From Bdellovibrionota bacterium FG-2 (GTDB taxonomy: Bacteria; Bdellovibrionota; UBA1018), in NCBI GenBank assembly GCA_051382305.1, contig JBBCAV010000399.1, forward strand, positions 1 to 19,722: a stretch of 19,722 nt of DNA. Direction: 5' to 3'. The notes below the pieces were generated by a model. That model was given only the letters and a program-made list of their open reading frames with translations. It searched no databases and had not been told where the DNA came from. Shown here piece by piece: positions 7,191 through 14,995 of this stretch. Made by a program: the position numbers and the translations under genes. Numbering within the stretch: the first letter of the stretch is position 1; each line of letters begins with the position of its first letter.

Positions 7191-8118
7191 GACTAAAGAA
7201 TCGAAAACCAGATTTAAACTCAGTGTAGGTTCGTGCTTTCGGAAAAAGAAGTGTGACTTCCGATCTTTTCCGATTCTCAAGCGCAACCACCAGGCTAAAT
7301 CCCTGGTTCACAATCTGGTAAATCCCAATCCCCGAACCTGGCCCCGCCAAGGAGGTGTACTCTTTGATCGAATAATCCCGGGATAACGCAGAAAAAATAA
7401 TCTTCGGATCAATCCTTCCAAAGCGATCTGATACGCTTATTGCGACAAGTTCCTCATCATCAACAACCTCAATATCCACAAATTCATTGTCAATCAGCTC
7501 GAAGTCAGCACCTTTATCGCTATTGGCTCGAAGCTTCATCCCGTTGTCGAGCGTCGGCGCATTAAAAACCGCATTCATAATGAGATCATCCGTGGCCTGC
7601 GCGGCCTGCGTAGCCAAACGTGGAGCAACCTTGTGCTTTTGAAGATGGTTCCTAATCGCCTCAACAGCCGCATTTTTATGGCCCGATCGCTTCAGGGTGA
7701 TCTTTTGCGTTTGGTTCTCTCCGCCAAAAAATCGCCCAATGCCAAAGGGTTCAGGAGAAATCACAGACGCCAGTAACTTCGAAAACACCACCGGCGCAGG
7801 ATCTTCATAGCGACGGAGTAAATGATTGCCCATCACCAGCGGCTGAAAAAGCTCGGGATACTTATTAAGGGGTCGATCCGTGACCGCAAAGACCCGGTCC
7901 ATAGGAACTTTTTGATGAAGTAAGTTTACGACTCTTCTGGCCTTCTCTGTATTATCAGCTTCCCAATACACAAGGAGCTTTGGGAAATCCCGAATCAGAA
8001 AACTCATCTCTGAAAATGAAATCGCATGATGCAATTTAATTCCGTTTGAAAAGCAGATAAACTCGGCGAAACGAAGATCTTCTTCGCGATCAGAAATGAC
8101 CATCATATCAAACGACAT
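7177..8118 (-). CDS. Signalling protein: degenerate receiver-like N-terminus plus HATPase_c (anti-sigma/Ser-kinase-like) C-terminus
   Basis: N-box-like DDLIMNAVFNAP, D-box-like ISVSDRFG, G-box-like GSGIGIYQIV and terminal strand SEVTLLFP. The N-terminus MMVISDREED resembles receiver beta1. Confidence 0.6.
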   Translation of the reverse strand: MSFDMMVISDREEDLRFAEFICFSNGIKLHHAISFSEMSFLIRDFPKLLVYWEADNTEKARRVVNLLHQKVPMDRVFAVTDRPLNKYPELFQPLVMGNHLLRRYEDPAPVVFSKLLASVISPEPFGIGRFFGGENQTQKITLKRSGHKNAAVEAIRNHLQKHKVAPRLATQAAQATDDLIMNAVFNAPTLDNGMKLRANSDKGADFELIDNEFVDIEVVDDEELVAISVSDRFGRIDPKIIFSALSRDYSIKEYTSLAGPGSGIGIYQIVNQGFSLVVALENRKRSEVTLLFPKARTYTEFKSGFRFFSLIVR

Positions 8119-8137
8119 AATGAAAAAGAATCCCCCC

Positions 8138-8950
8138 TCAGAACTTCAGGCCTATCTTAACACCCAACGTGTGCGAGTGCACAGAACTATATCCGCCCTC
8201 CATCGTAATCCGAAGCCCCATCAAAGGAGTCCGAAGACTAATTCCCATAAATGCATTTCCTGCCGACGTGTAGCCCGCTCCTGAAATCGTAATCGAAGGA
8301 AACGAATCCTCGGGCTTCACCGTAACCTTGACCACCCCTGTGATATATTGATACCCCACTCCCATGTAGGGTTCTGCAAACTCAAGTTTTCTAGACATCA
8401 CGAGCTGAGGAGTCCAGCTCGTGGTATTCACAAAACCAAGTACCGAGTGCGTATACCCCAACCGAACTGCCCAGGTGGGGCCCTCTTCTGGCTGAAATAC
8501 AACTAATTTAACGTCACCCCCGTAGACCCGATAGCCTTGGTACCACAGACCCGCTAATCCCAGATCGATACGCTCATGAATTCCTTTATGTAAGATTAGC
8601 ATCGGAAAAAGGAGCCCGGGAAGTTCAGGAATCGACGCGTCCAACCCCGCTTCTCGTAATGCTGAAAAAAAATCGGCAGGCACCCTTACCATTGTTACGA
8701 CCAACCCGATATCAACCCCCAAATTAAAGCCCAAAGGAGTTGCGGGTTCATAAGGTCGAACCTCCGTCAATAACCCGACGGTCTTAATCACGGATTTTAC
8801 AATCGAAGGAGAAATCAAAGTAGAAGGATCGGGAAACAGCGAAGGGTCAAGCGGCAAACCCGTCACATTTATAGCATAAGAAGGCTGAAGATGCGCAAAC
8901 AATATAAGACTTGCGACGAGTGCCCCAGGCACTCGGCTCAGTTTTCCCAT
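8138..8950 (-). CDS. Exported outer-membrane beta-barrel-like protein
   Basis: Signal peptide ending QPSYA, a Pro-rich linker, amphipathic strands (EPYMGVGYQY) and C-terminal KIGLKF. ATG 8950 is preferred over GTG 8965. Confidence 0.7.
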   Translation of the reverse strand: MGKLSRVPGALVASLILFAHLQPSYAINVTGLPLDPSLFPDPSTLISPSIVKSVIKTVGLLTEVRPYEPATPLGFNLGVDIGLVVTMVRVPADFFSALREAGLDASIPELPGLLFPMLILHKGIHERIDLGLAGLWYQGYRVYGGDVKLVVFQPEEGPTWAVRLGYTHSVLGFVNTTSWTPQLVMSRKLEFAEPYMGVGYQYITGVVKVTVKPEDSFPSITISGAGYTSAGNAFMGISLRTPLMGLRITMEGGYSSVHSHTLGVKIGLKF

Positions 8951-8962
8951 ATTGTAAGTGTA
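8951..8962 (-). promoter_or_regulatory. Putative -10 element for a leaderless transcript (TACACT-N6-ATG)
   Basis: The minus strand reads TACACT TACAAT ATG at 8962-8948, with no SD. Confidence 0.5.
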
Positions 8963-8977
8963 CACGAGTTTTGAAGA

Positions 8978-11248
8978 TTAGGTTCGGACTTTTAAGATGC
9001 GAATCGGTCCATCCTTTCGCTCGACCTCCAGTTGCGTTCCTGCACGAGAGCGACTAAACACAAGGTCCACTTCCCACCCATCGCCCTGCAGCCCTTTGAT
9101 TCGAAGCCAGTTTACCTTGGAGGTTAAGACAGGAGAGTTTAAAACGAGGGTGGATGGCGTCCCCTGCTGTGACGACTCAAAAGAGAGTCCCAACAACGAT
9201 CGCAGCATTAGAAAAACACTTCCCGAAGCCCAGGCCTGCGGTTTACAGGCCACCTCATAAGGAACCGGAGGAGCATTTCCCCTGCGGCGAAAACCGCAAA
9301 AAAGCTCAGGAAATCTAAAGTCGTCACTCAGCTCCAGCACATCCATGAGTCCTGCTCCAAGCCTCTCCAGCTCAGGCCGAAACCCATAGTTTCGCAAACC
9401 TTCCATGATAAGTGAGTTATCATGCGGCCATACCGACCCGTTATGATAGCTCAACGGGTTATAAGCCGCTTCGTCGTCCGCCAATGTTCGGATTCCGAAT
9501 CCACTAAACATCGAATCAGAAAAAAGATGGCGAACAATGCTCTGAGCTTGAGTGGGATTCACGATATTAGACCACAGGCAATGACCCATGTTAGACGACT
9601 TCACGGCGCAGGGTGCACGGTCCCGATCCAAAGCGAGATAAATGTAACCGTGATCTGAATCCCAAAATTGATCTAGGAATCTCGCTTTAAGCTGCAAAGC
9701 CTGCATCCGCGTTCGGCTTGAGAGCGGCTCATCCCCCATGCGGCTAGCAAGTGCAGAAATCCCGAGAAAGGCTCGATACGTATAGGCCTGAACTTCACAC
9801 AAACGAATCGGCGCATGAGCCGTACGCCCATCCGAATGCATGACAGAATCATGCGAATCCTTCCATCCCTGATTCACGAGTCCCGTAGCAGATTGCTTTT
9901 CATACTCCAAGAATCCATCTCGATCAGAATCCCCCCATCTCTCAATCCATCCAAGCGCCATCAAAATATGGGGCCACCATTTTCGAAGGCTGACGTAATC
10001 CTGCGTCCAGCGAAAATACTCAGCCACCAGAATAAGCGCCAGCGGCGTCGAGTCCACGGATCCATAATAGGGAATAAAGGGAACCTCACGAGCGCGTGCC
10101 ATTTCACCAAATCTCACTTCATGAAAAACCTTCCCAGGCTGTTCATCCGTAAAAGGATCAATGGTTTTTCCTAACATCGAAAAAACATAGTCCAATACCC
10201 CGCGCGCCACCTTGGGATACCAAGGTAACATCTGATAAGCCGTAATCAATCCATCGCGGCCAAACGGTGCAGAAAACCAGGGTATCCCAGCATAGGGATA
10301 AAACACGCCAGGCATTTCCTCGGTCATCAGCATCGACACATCGCGAACCGCATTGGAGACTGCTCGATTAAACATCGAGTGATCAGAAACTATTTCAATT
10401 TTTCCTGTTACCATCAGAGGCGAATGATGAGATAGAAGATCCATTTGCTGAGAAATACTCACCTCCTCAAACGGGATATTGAAGAAATGACAGGCGTTTG
10501 CGTTCGAAAAGGATACGACCGTCTTAAGATGGACGCTCTGCTTTTCTCCGATTTCCAATTGGGTAAAATATCCGGCCAAATTCGGAGACAAACGAATCTT
10601 CTCCGACGCGAACATTCGGTAAACGTAAGTTTTCATCAGACTTCCGTCTACACCTTCATACCTAAAAACGGTGGCCTGAGTTCGGGAATCCGAAACCTCG
10701 TCCGGCGAAAGAAGCCGACCTCGGCGGGGGCGGGCATAGCCCCGAACTTCAAAGACATCATCAAACCGACCGCCCGTCCATTGCTCAACTTGCAGCCGAA
10801 AAGTTTGTCGACTGAAATTTTTAATCTCGACGGTTTCAAAGAAGGTATCTTCGTGGAAAGCCAACACACGCCGAATGAGAAAGGTGTCCCTTGGAATACG
10901 CGGGCTCATCGATGAAGCTTCAATATCTCTATTGGTCATTGAAAATACGAGAGTGTTGCCCCCATACCGTAACTCATTTGCCAAGGGGACCGGCGAAGAG
11001 CCGTTAAAAGTCATCTCCCAAACTCCCAAAAATCTCGTGTCGCGATAGTAAAGCCCCAGTTGCGATCCTTGCGCAAGCAGACGCGGACTCTCCCCTTTGG
11101 AATCTACCACAGCAAATGCGCGGTTATCTTTGATACTGAGTTTAGGTATTCCGGTCAGAACTGCGCTCGAGGGGATATAAGAGATCCCGTCGATGACGAT
11201 CTGACCTTCCGACTCGGGGTCTGAACTCAGAGAGGAAGCGATAGACAT
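8978..11248 (-). CDS. Amylo-alpha-1,6-glucosidase / glycogen-debranching-like (alpha/alpha)6 glycoside hydrolase
   Basis: GLYYRDTRFL, AGIPWF..FGRD, YYGSVDSTPL, NQGWKDS, EVQAY, YHNGSVWPHDN, PELFCG and PQAWA motifs. SD GGAGG lies 9 nt before ATG 11248. Confidence 0.92.
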   Translation of the reverse strand: MSIASSLSSDPESEGQIVIDGISYIPSSAVLTGIPKLSIKDNRAFAVVDSKGESPRLLAQGSQLGLYYRDTRFLGVWEMTFNGSSPVPLANELRYGGNTLVFSMTNRDIEASSMSPRIPRDTFLIRRVLAFHEDTFFETVEIKNFSRQTFRLQVEQWTGGRFDDVFEVRGYARPRRGRLLSPDEVSDSRTQATVFRYEGVDGSLMKTYVYRMFASEKIRLSPNLAGYFTQLEIGEKQSVHLKTVVSFSNANACHFFNIPFEEVSISQQMDLLSHHSPLMVTGKIEIVSDHSMFNRAVSNAVRDVSMLMTEEMPGVFYPYAGIPWFSAPFGRDGLITAYQMLPWYPKVARGVLDYVFSMLGKTIDPFTDEQPGKVFHEVRFGEMARAREVPFIPYYGSVDSTPLALILVAEYFRWTQDYVSLRKWWPHILMALGWIERWGDSDRDGFLEYEKQSATGLVNQGWKDSHDSVMHSDGRTAHAPIRLCEVQAYTYRAFLGISALASRMGDEPLSSRTRMQALQLKARFLDQFWDSDHGYIYLALDRDRAPCAVKSSNMGHCLWSNIVNPTQAQSIVRHLFSDSMFSGFGIRTLADDEAAYNPLSYHNGSVWPHDNSLIMEGLRNYGFRPELERLGAGLMDVLELSDDFRFPELFCGFRRRGNAPPVPYEVACKPQAWASGSVFLMLRSLLGLSFESSQQGTPSTLVLNSPVLTSKVNWLRIKGLQGDGWEVDLVFSRSRAGTQLEVERKDGPIRILKVRT

Positions 11249-12254
11249 TTAAGTAATCCTCCGTCATTCTCCGAACAGAAAATCTTTTTTCCGCCTGAGC
11301 ACGACACACTGATCGGCTGATCTGGGATAAATCCAAAACTCTTTCGGCGAGTCGTTCAATCCTAAGGTCTAAGAAACCTGTTTTTCCATCCTCGAGCAAC
11401 TCAGGCACAGATCCCACTGGCCTCGCCAGCACAGGTGTCCCACAAGCCAGCGCTTCAATGACGACCAGACCAAAGGGCTCGGGCCAGTCAATGGGAAAAA
11501 CCAAAGCGCGTGCGTTTCCGAGAAAATCCGATTTTTCGGACTCCGAAATCTCACCCACATACTCAATAAACTTACCGTCGACATGGGGCTTAATAAACGT
11601 ATCATAATAGTCCTGCCCCTCCCCCTTCTCAATCTTTGCAGCTATTTTTAGGGGCACTCCGGACTTTTTTGCGATTTCAATAGCCCATTCTGGCCTTTTT
11701 TCGCGGGCAATTCGTCCAAGGAACGCAAGATACTCGCCAGGCTTGGGGCGAAACTCAAACCGCTCAACGTCAATGCCATGATAGATCGTCTTTACCCATC
11801 GAAGTTGCGGCTGTGGAATTCTCTGCGAATCGCTAATCGAAATGAAAGACAGCTCGGGAAAAGCATCAAAGGCCACTCTCAAATCCGGGAGATCCAAACG
11901 TCCATGAAGTGTGCTCAGAACGGGCGTTGAAACAATTTTCGAAAGCGGAAACATCGAATAATCATTATGATTATGAATCACATCAAATTCTGCCGCGCGC
12001 TTGGCCACCTCTCCTATAATTCGCAAGTGATAAGGTCCAATGTCCTGGACAGGCGACTCTCGCAACCGGAGGGCGCGATCAACCATTGGAACAAGCGCTC
12101 CGTTTACCGTGGAGTCAGCCGAGGCAAACACGGTGACTTCGGCGCCACTTCTTACGAGGCCTTCACAGAGGTTTGCAACAACCCGCTCAGTACCTCCGTA
12201 AAGTTTGGGTGGAACACTTTCAAACAGAGGAGCAACAAGTGCGATTCTCATCAT
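11142..12254 (-). CDS. Glycosyltransferase family 4 (GT-B)
   Basis: MRIALVAP..SVPPKLYGGTERVV, FLGRI..EK and the EPFGLVVIEALACGTPV (E-x7-E) motif. Confidence 0.95.
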   Translation of the reverse strand: MMRIALVAPLFESVPPKLYGGTERVVANLCEGLVRSGAEVTVFASADSTVNGALVPMVDRALRLRESPVQDIGPYHLRIIGEVAKRAAEFDVIHNHNDYSMFPLSKIVSTPVLSTLHGRLDLPDLRVAFDAFPELSFISISDSQRIPQPQLRWVKTIYHGIDVERFEFRPKPGEYLAFLGRIAREKRPEWAIEIAKKSGVPLKIAAKIEKGEGQDYYDTFIKPHVDGKFIEYVGEISESEKSDFLGNARALVFPIDWPEPFGLVVIEALACGTPVLARPVGSVPELLEDGKTGFLDLRIERLAERVLDLSQISRSVCRAQAEKRFSVRRMTEDYLNVYRFLSEFRPRVGRSDRHRRDLLYPLERSSDRNT

Positions 12255-12348
12255 AGGTCAGGAGATAGCAGTTGGCCTAAAGCATCCACAAGGGGCGGCG
12301 CGTGCTAAGAAACTTATTTATTCACTTGTCGCAGATTGGCAAGACCTC

Positions 12349-12879
12349 TCAGTCCTCTACCTTTTCCCCGCCCCTTACTTCTTCGACAAGGGCATGGTGC
12401 ACAAGGATGAGATCATTACTGGCTTTACCCAACCTTCGATGAATCGTGCGCGCAAGCTGCAACAAAACAGGGTAGGCCCAATGCGGGTGCTGCTTGGAGA
12501 AGGATTCAAAGGCCGCCCGTTCCAACACTAAGCACTGACAATTACTTTCGGCGCGAACGCTCGCGGAGCGAGTTTCAGTATCCAAAAGCCCCCCTTCGCC
12601 AAAAAAGATATGATCCTGTGCGCGCAAAAGAGCGACTTTATACTCTTCGCCGTCGATGGTTGACTTAATGACAGAGGCCACTCCTTCAATCAAAATGAAA
12701 AATTCAGAGCCTTGCTCTCCTTCTTTTATGATCGCAGCCCCTGCCAGGTACTGCTTAGAGCTCATCATCTTCAAGAGTTGTTCAAGCGCATGGGTCTTCT
12801 CGCTTAACACTTTGAAAAGCGCGACCTGCCTAATGTGTTCCAAGAGCTCAGCTGACTCGGAGTTTTTCTGTGTTTCCAC
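12349..12879 (-). CDS. Stand-alone cyclic nucleotide-binding domain protein
   Basis: IIKEGEQGSEFFILIEG and phosphate-binding cassette FFGEGGLLDTETRSASVRA, with no HTH. The likely start is GTG 12879 after GAGG, overlapping the channel gene end. Confidence 0.88.
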   Translation of the reverse strand: METQKNSESAELLEHIRQVALFKVLSEKTHALEQLLKMMSSKQYLAGAAIIKEGEQGSEFFILIEGVASVIKSTIDGEEYKVALLRAQDHIFFGEGGLLDTETRSASVRAESNCQCLVLERAAFESFSKQHPHWAYPVLLQLARTIHRRLGKASNDLILVHHALVEEVRGGEKVED

Positions 12880-14125
12880 CTTCGCTACCTCGCTCCTTCT
12901 CGTCTTGGATGGTTTCGATGACAATCGCCATTGAATCATGAGTCATGCGATATTCTGGATTCGGATTAAACACCGGATTATTGAATTTGATCTGTTTGAC
13001 CGATCGCAAATTTTCAACGAGTTTTCCGACATCGGGAGTTTTTTGTGCCTCACGCAAAGCCTGTTCTTTAATACGATGGCTGTTTCCTGTGTTCTCGAGC
13101 ACCCCAATAACCGAGGAACGCGGTTGCCGCTTTTGATAATGTTCACGGAAAACCTGAAAGGATTTTCCAGCCCACTCGCCTGGGACCGGAACCGTCCGAA
13201 ACTGTGAACTCGTCTTTGGATTCAAAAGATCAAACACGACATTGGCAATCCCAGTTCCAGCAGAGGCATTGCCTAAAAGAAGCCGACTGTATTCTCGGGT
13301 ATAAATAACCTCGTTTACATTAGCCAAACGCAAATATTGATCCATTTTTGAATCCAAGATTTCAGCCGCGACCAACGTACCTCGGGCGATATGCGACAAG
13401 GTCATCGCTGTCATGATCGTGCGAGCGTCAGCCTCCATTTCGGTGGGAACCTGGCCCGCTGCATTGGGCTTTTGATCCGCAAGTAGGAGTATTTTTTTTG
13501 CCCTTTCGGGTGCTGCCTTTCGCAGGTAGTTTTCGTGAAAATATTCGCCCATGACCACTTGAAGTCCCTTAAGTCGCGGGTTCGCACGCAATTCCTGAAT
13601 TTCGACGGCTTCAATACTTGCAACCAAGACAATCTGGTCTGAGGCAAGCCCCGGATTGCAATCCAAGATATGAAGCAAAAGACTTTCCATTTCATCTTTC
13701 CAGCCACAAACAATAAAATGCCCCTTTAGGCAGTGGGTGTCCACAAAGCGCCTCCTTTCCAATAATGTTTTTTCCAAGAAATAAGAAGAAATCCTCGCCG
13801 TCACAATCCCTACTGCCGCCACTCCCGAAAACATCAATCCGCCTGCCCAGATTCTCCCCAAACCCGTTAGTGGCACTTTGTCCCCATAACCTACCGTAAG
13901 GAAAGTTACGATCCCCCACCACAAGGCGTCGGCCATGTTTGTAATCTGAGATTGAGGTCCGTCCTTTTCAGCCAAGAGTACAAACCACGAAAACCCTACC
14001 CAAATCGCAACCACCCCAATCACAATGCCCGCAAATCGGTGCGAATCAGCAAACTCCCAGAGCCTTCGCAGGGTGCGTACCAAAACGCTATTTTTGAATT
14101 TATTTCGTTCAGACTTTTTCTTCAT
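12848..14125 (-). CDS. 2-TM potassium channel with cytoplasmic RCK/TrkA-N domain (MthK-like)
   Basis: DALWWGIVTFLTVGYGD selectivity filter between two TM helices, plus GHFIVCGW and DARTIM RCK motifs. Confidence 0.93.
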   Translation of the reverse strand: MKKKSERNKFKNSVLVRTLRRLWEFADSHRFAGIVIGVVAIWVGFSWFVLLAEKDGPQSQITNMADALWWGIVTFLTVGYGDKVPLTGLGRIWAGGLMFSGVAAVGIVTARISSYFLEKTLLERRRFVDTHCLKGHFIVCGWKDEMESLLLHILDCNPGLASDQIVLVASIEAVEIQELRANPRLKGLQVVMGEYFHENYLRKAAPERAKKILLLADQKPNAAGQVPTEMEADARTIMTAMTLSHIARGTLVAAEILDSKMDQYLRLANVNEVIYTREYSRLLLGNASAGTGIANVVFDLLNPKTSSQFRTVPVPGEWAGKSFQVFREHYQKRQPRSSVIGVLENTGNSHRIKEQALREAQKTPDVGKLVENLRSVKQIKFNNPVFNPNPEYRMTHDSMAIVIETIQDEKERGSEGGNTEKLRVS

Positions 14126-14135
14126 TGTTATGAAT

Positions 14136-14164
14136 TCTATCGGAAAAAGACGGCGCCAAGTTTA
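14136..14164 (-). promoter_or_regulatory. Putative sigma28 (FliA/SigD) promoter TAAA-N16-TCCGATAG
   Basis: The minus strand reads TAAA CTTGGCGCCGTCTTTT TCCGATAG, ending 11 nt before ATG 14125. An overlapping TAGAAT could alternatively be a sigma70 -10. Confidence 0.55.
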
Positions 14165-14189
14165 GCGACAATCTATTGTTTCCGAGAAC

Positions 14190-14900
14190 CTAGGACAAAA
14201 TCATGAGCTTAGCTGCATTAAGATAACGCAACAGTGCACGATAGGTCTGATTCCCAGACAGATAGAGAAGGACCAAGAAGAAGACGAGCGCGATGAGTTG
14301 GGGGAGATCATTTCCGGCTGTTTCAACCCAACCTACAGGGCTTTTGATCCAAGATACTTTACCCTCTGCCTCCGTCAACCAATCGACACCCTGAAGAAGT
14401 AAAAAGAATACCGCGCCACCGAGCGCAGTCAAATACTTTGTGCGACTTCTCATATTGTCCAAATCGATTTCAAAACTCTGGATCACCCAGCGCCACTCTT
14501 GCGAGGAAAATTGAAGCTTCCGCCTAAATTCAGCGCAAACGGTTTTGCGCCACTCCGCCTCACGAATAGCCTGCCCAAGACTCGTCGCGACCCCCCCCTG
14601 CTTGAACGCCGCAGGCAGCTCTCGAATCACATCAGAGCCCAGCACATAGAGCGAGTAAGCGACGGGGAAAACCAAGACAAACCAATCGAGGGAAATGCGT
14701 TTCGCGCGCGGCATCCAGCCCGTTTTCCCGAGAAGAATAACAAGAATTGAGAGGCCCGCCGGCAAAAGGAAGCACCATAAGAATGCTCCAAAAAGTTTTC
14801 GATGCACGAGTTTTCGCTCCCGCTGGATATCCACACGGATGAAATCCATGAATTGGGTATAACGCCGATACTCGTCGCGATCTTTTTCTTCAAGCTGCAT
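14190..14900 (-). CDS. Hypothetical membrane protein (about 4 TM segments)
   Basis: 236-aa ORF with hydrophobic stretches, e.g. LFGAFLWCFLLPAGLSILVILLG, WFVLVFPVAYSLYVLG and LIALVFFLVLLYL. Confidence 0.75.
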   Translation of the reverse strand: MQLEEKDRDEYRRYTQFMDFIRVDIQRERKLVHRKLFGAFLWCFLLPAGLSILVILLGKTGWMPRAKRISLDWFVLVFPVAYSLYVLGSDVIRELPAAFKQGGVATSLGQAIREAEWRKTVCAEFRRKLQFSSQEWRWVIQSFEIDLDNMRSRTKYLTALGGAVFFLLLQGVDWLTEAEGKVSWIKSPVGWVETAGNDLPQLIALVFFLVLLYLSGNQTYRALLRYLNAAKLMILS

Positions 14901-14915
14901 AGGTTCTCATGAAAA

Positions 14916-14943
14916 CAATCGGCAGAAGATTCGGGAAACTGAA
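14916..14943 (-). promoter_or_regulatory. Putative sigma28 promoter TTCA-N16-GCCGATTG
   Basis: The minus strand reads TTCAGTTT CCCGAATCTTCT GCCGATTG upstream of ATG 14900, with the same spacing as the site at 14136-14164. Confidence 0.45.
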
Positions 14944-14995
14944 ATTTATGTTTTGAAATTATCAAAAGTGTCATTTTCAAGTTAAGGTATCGTTA

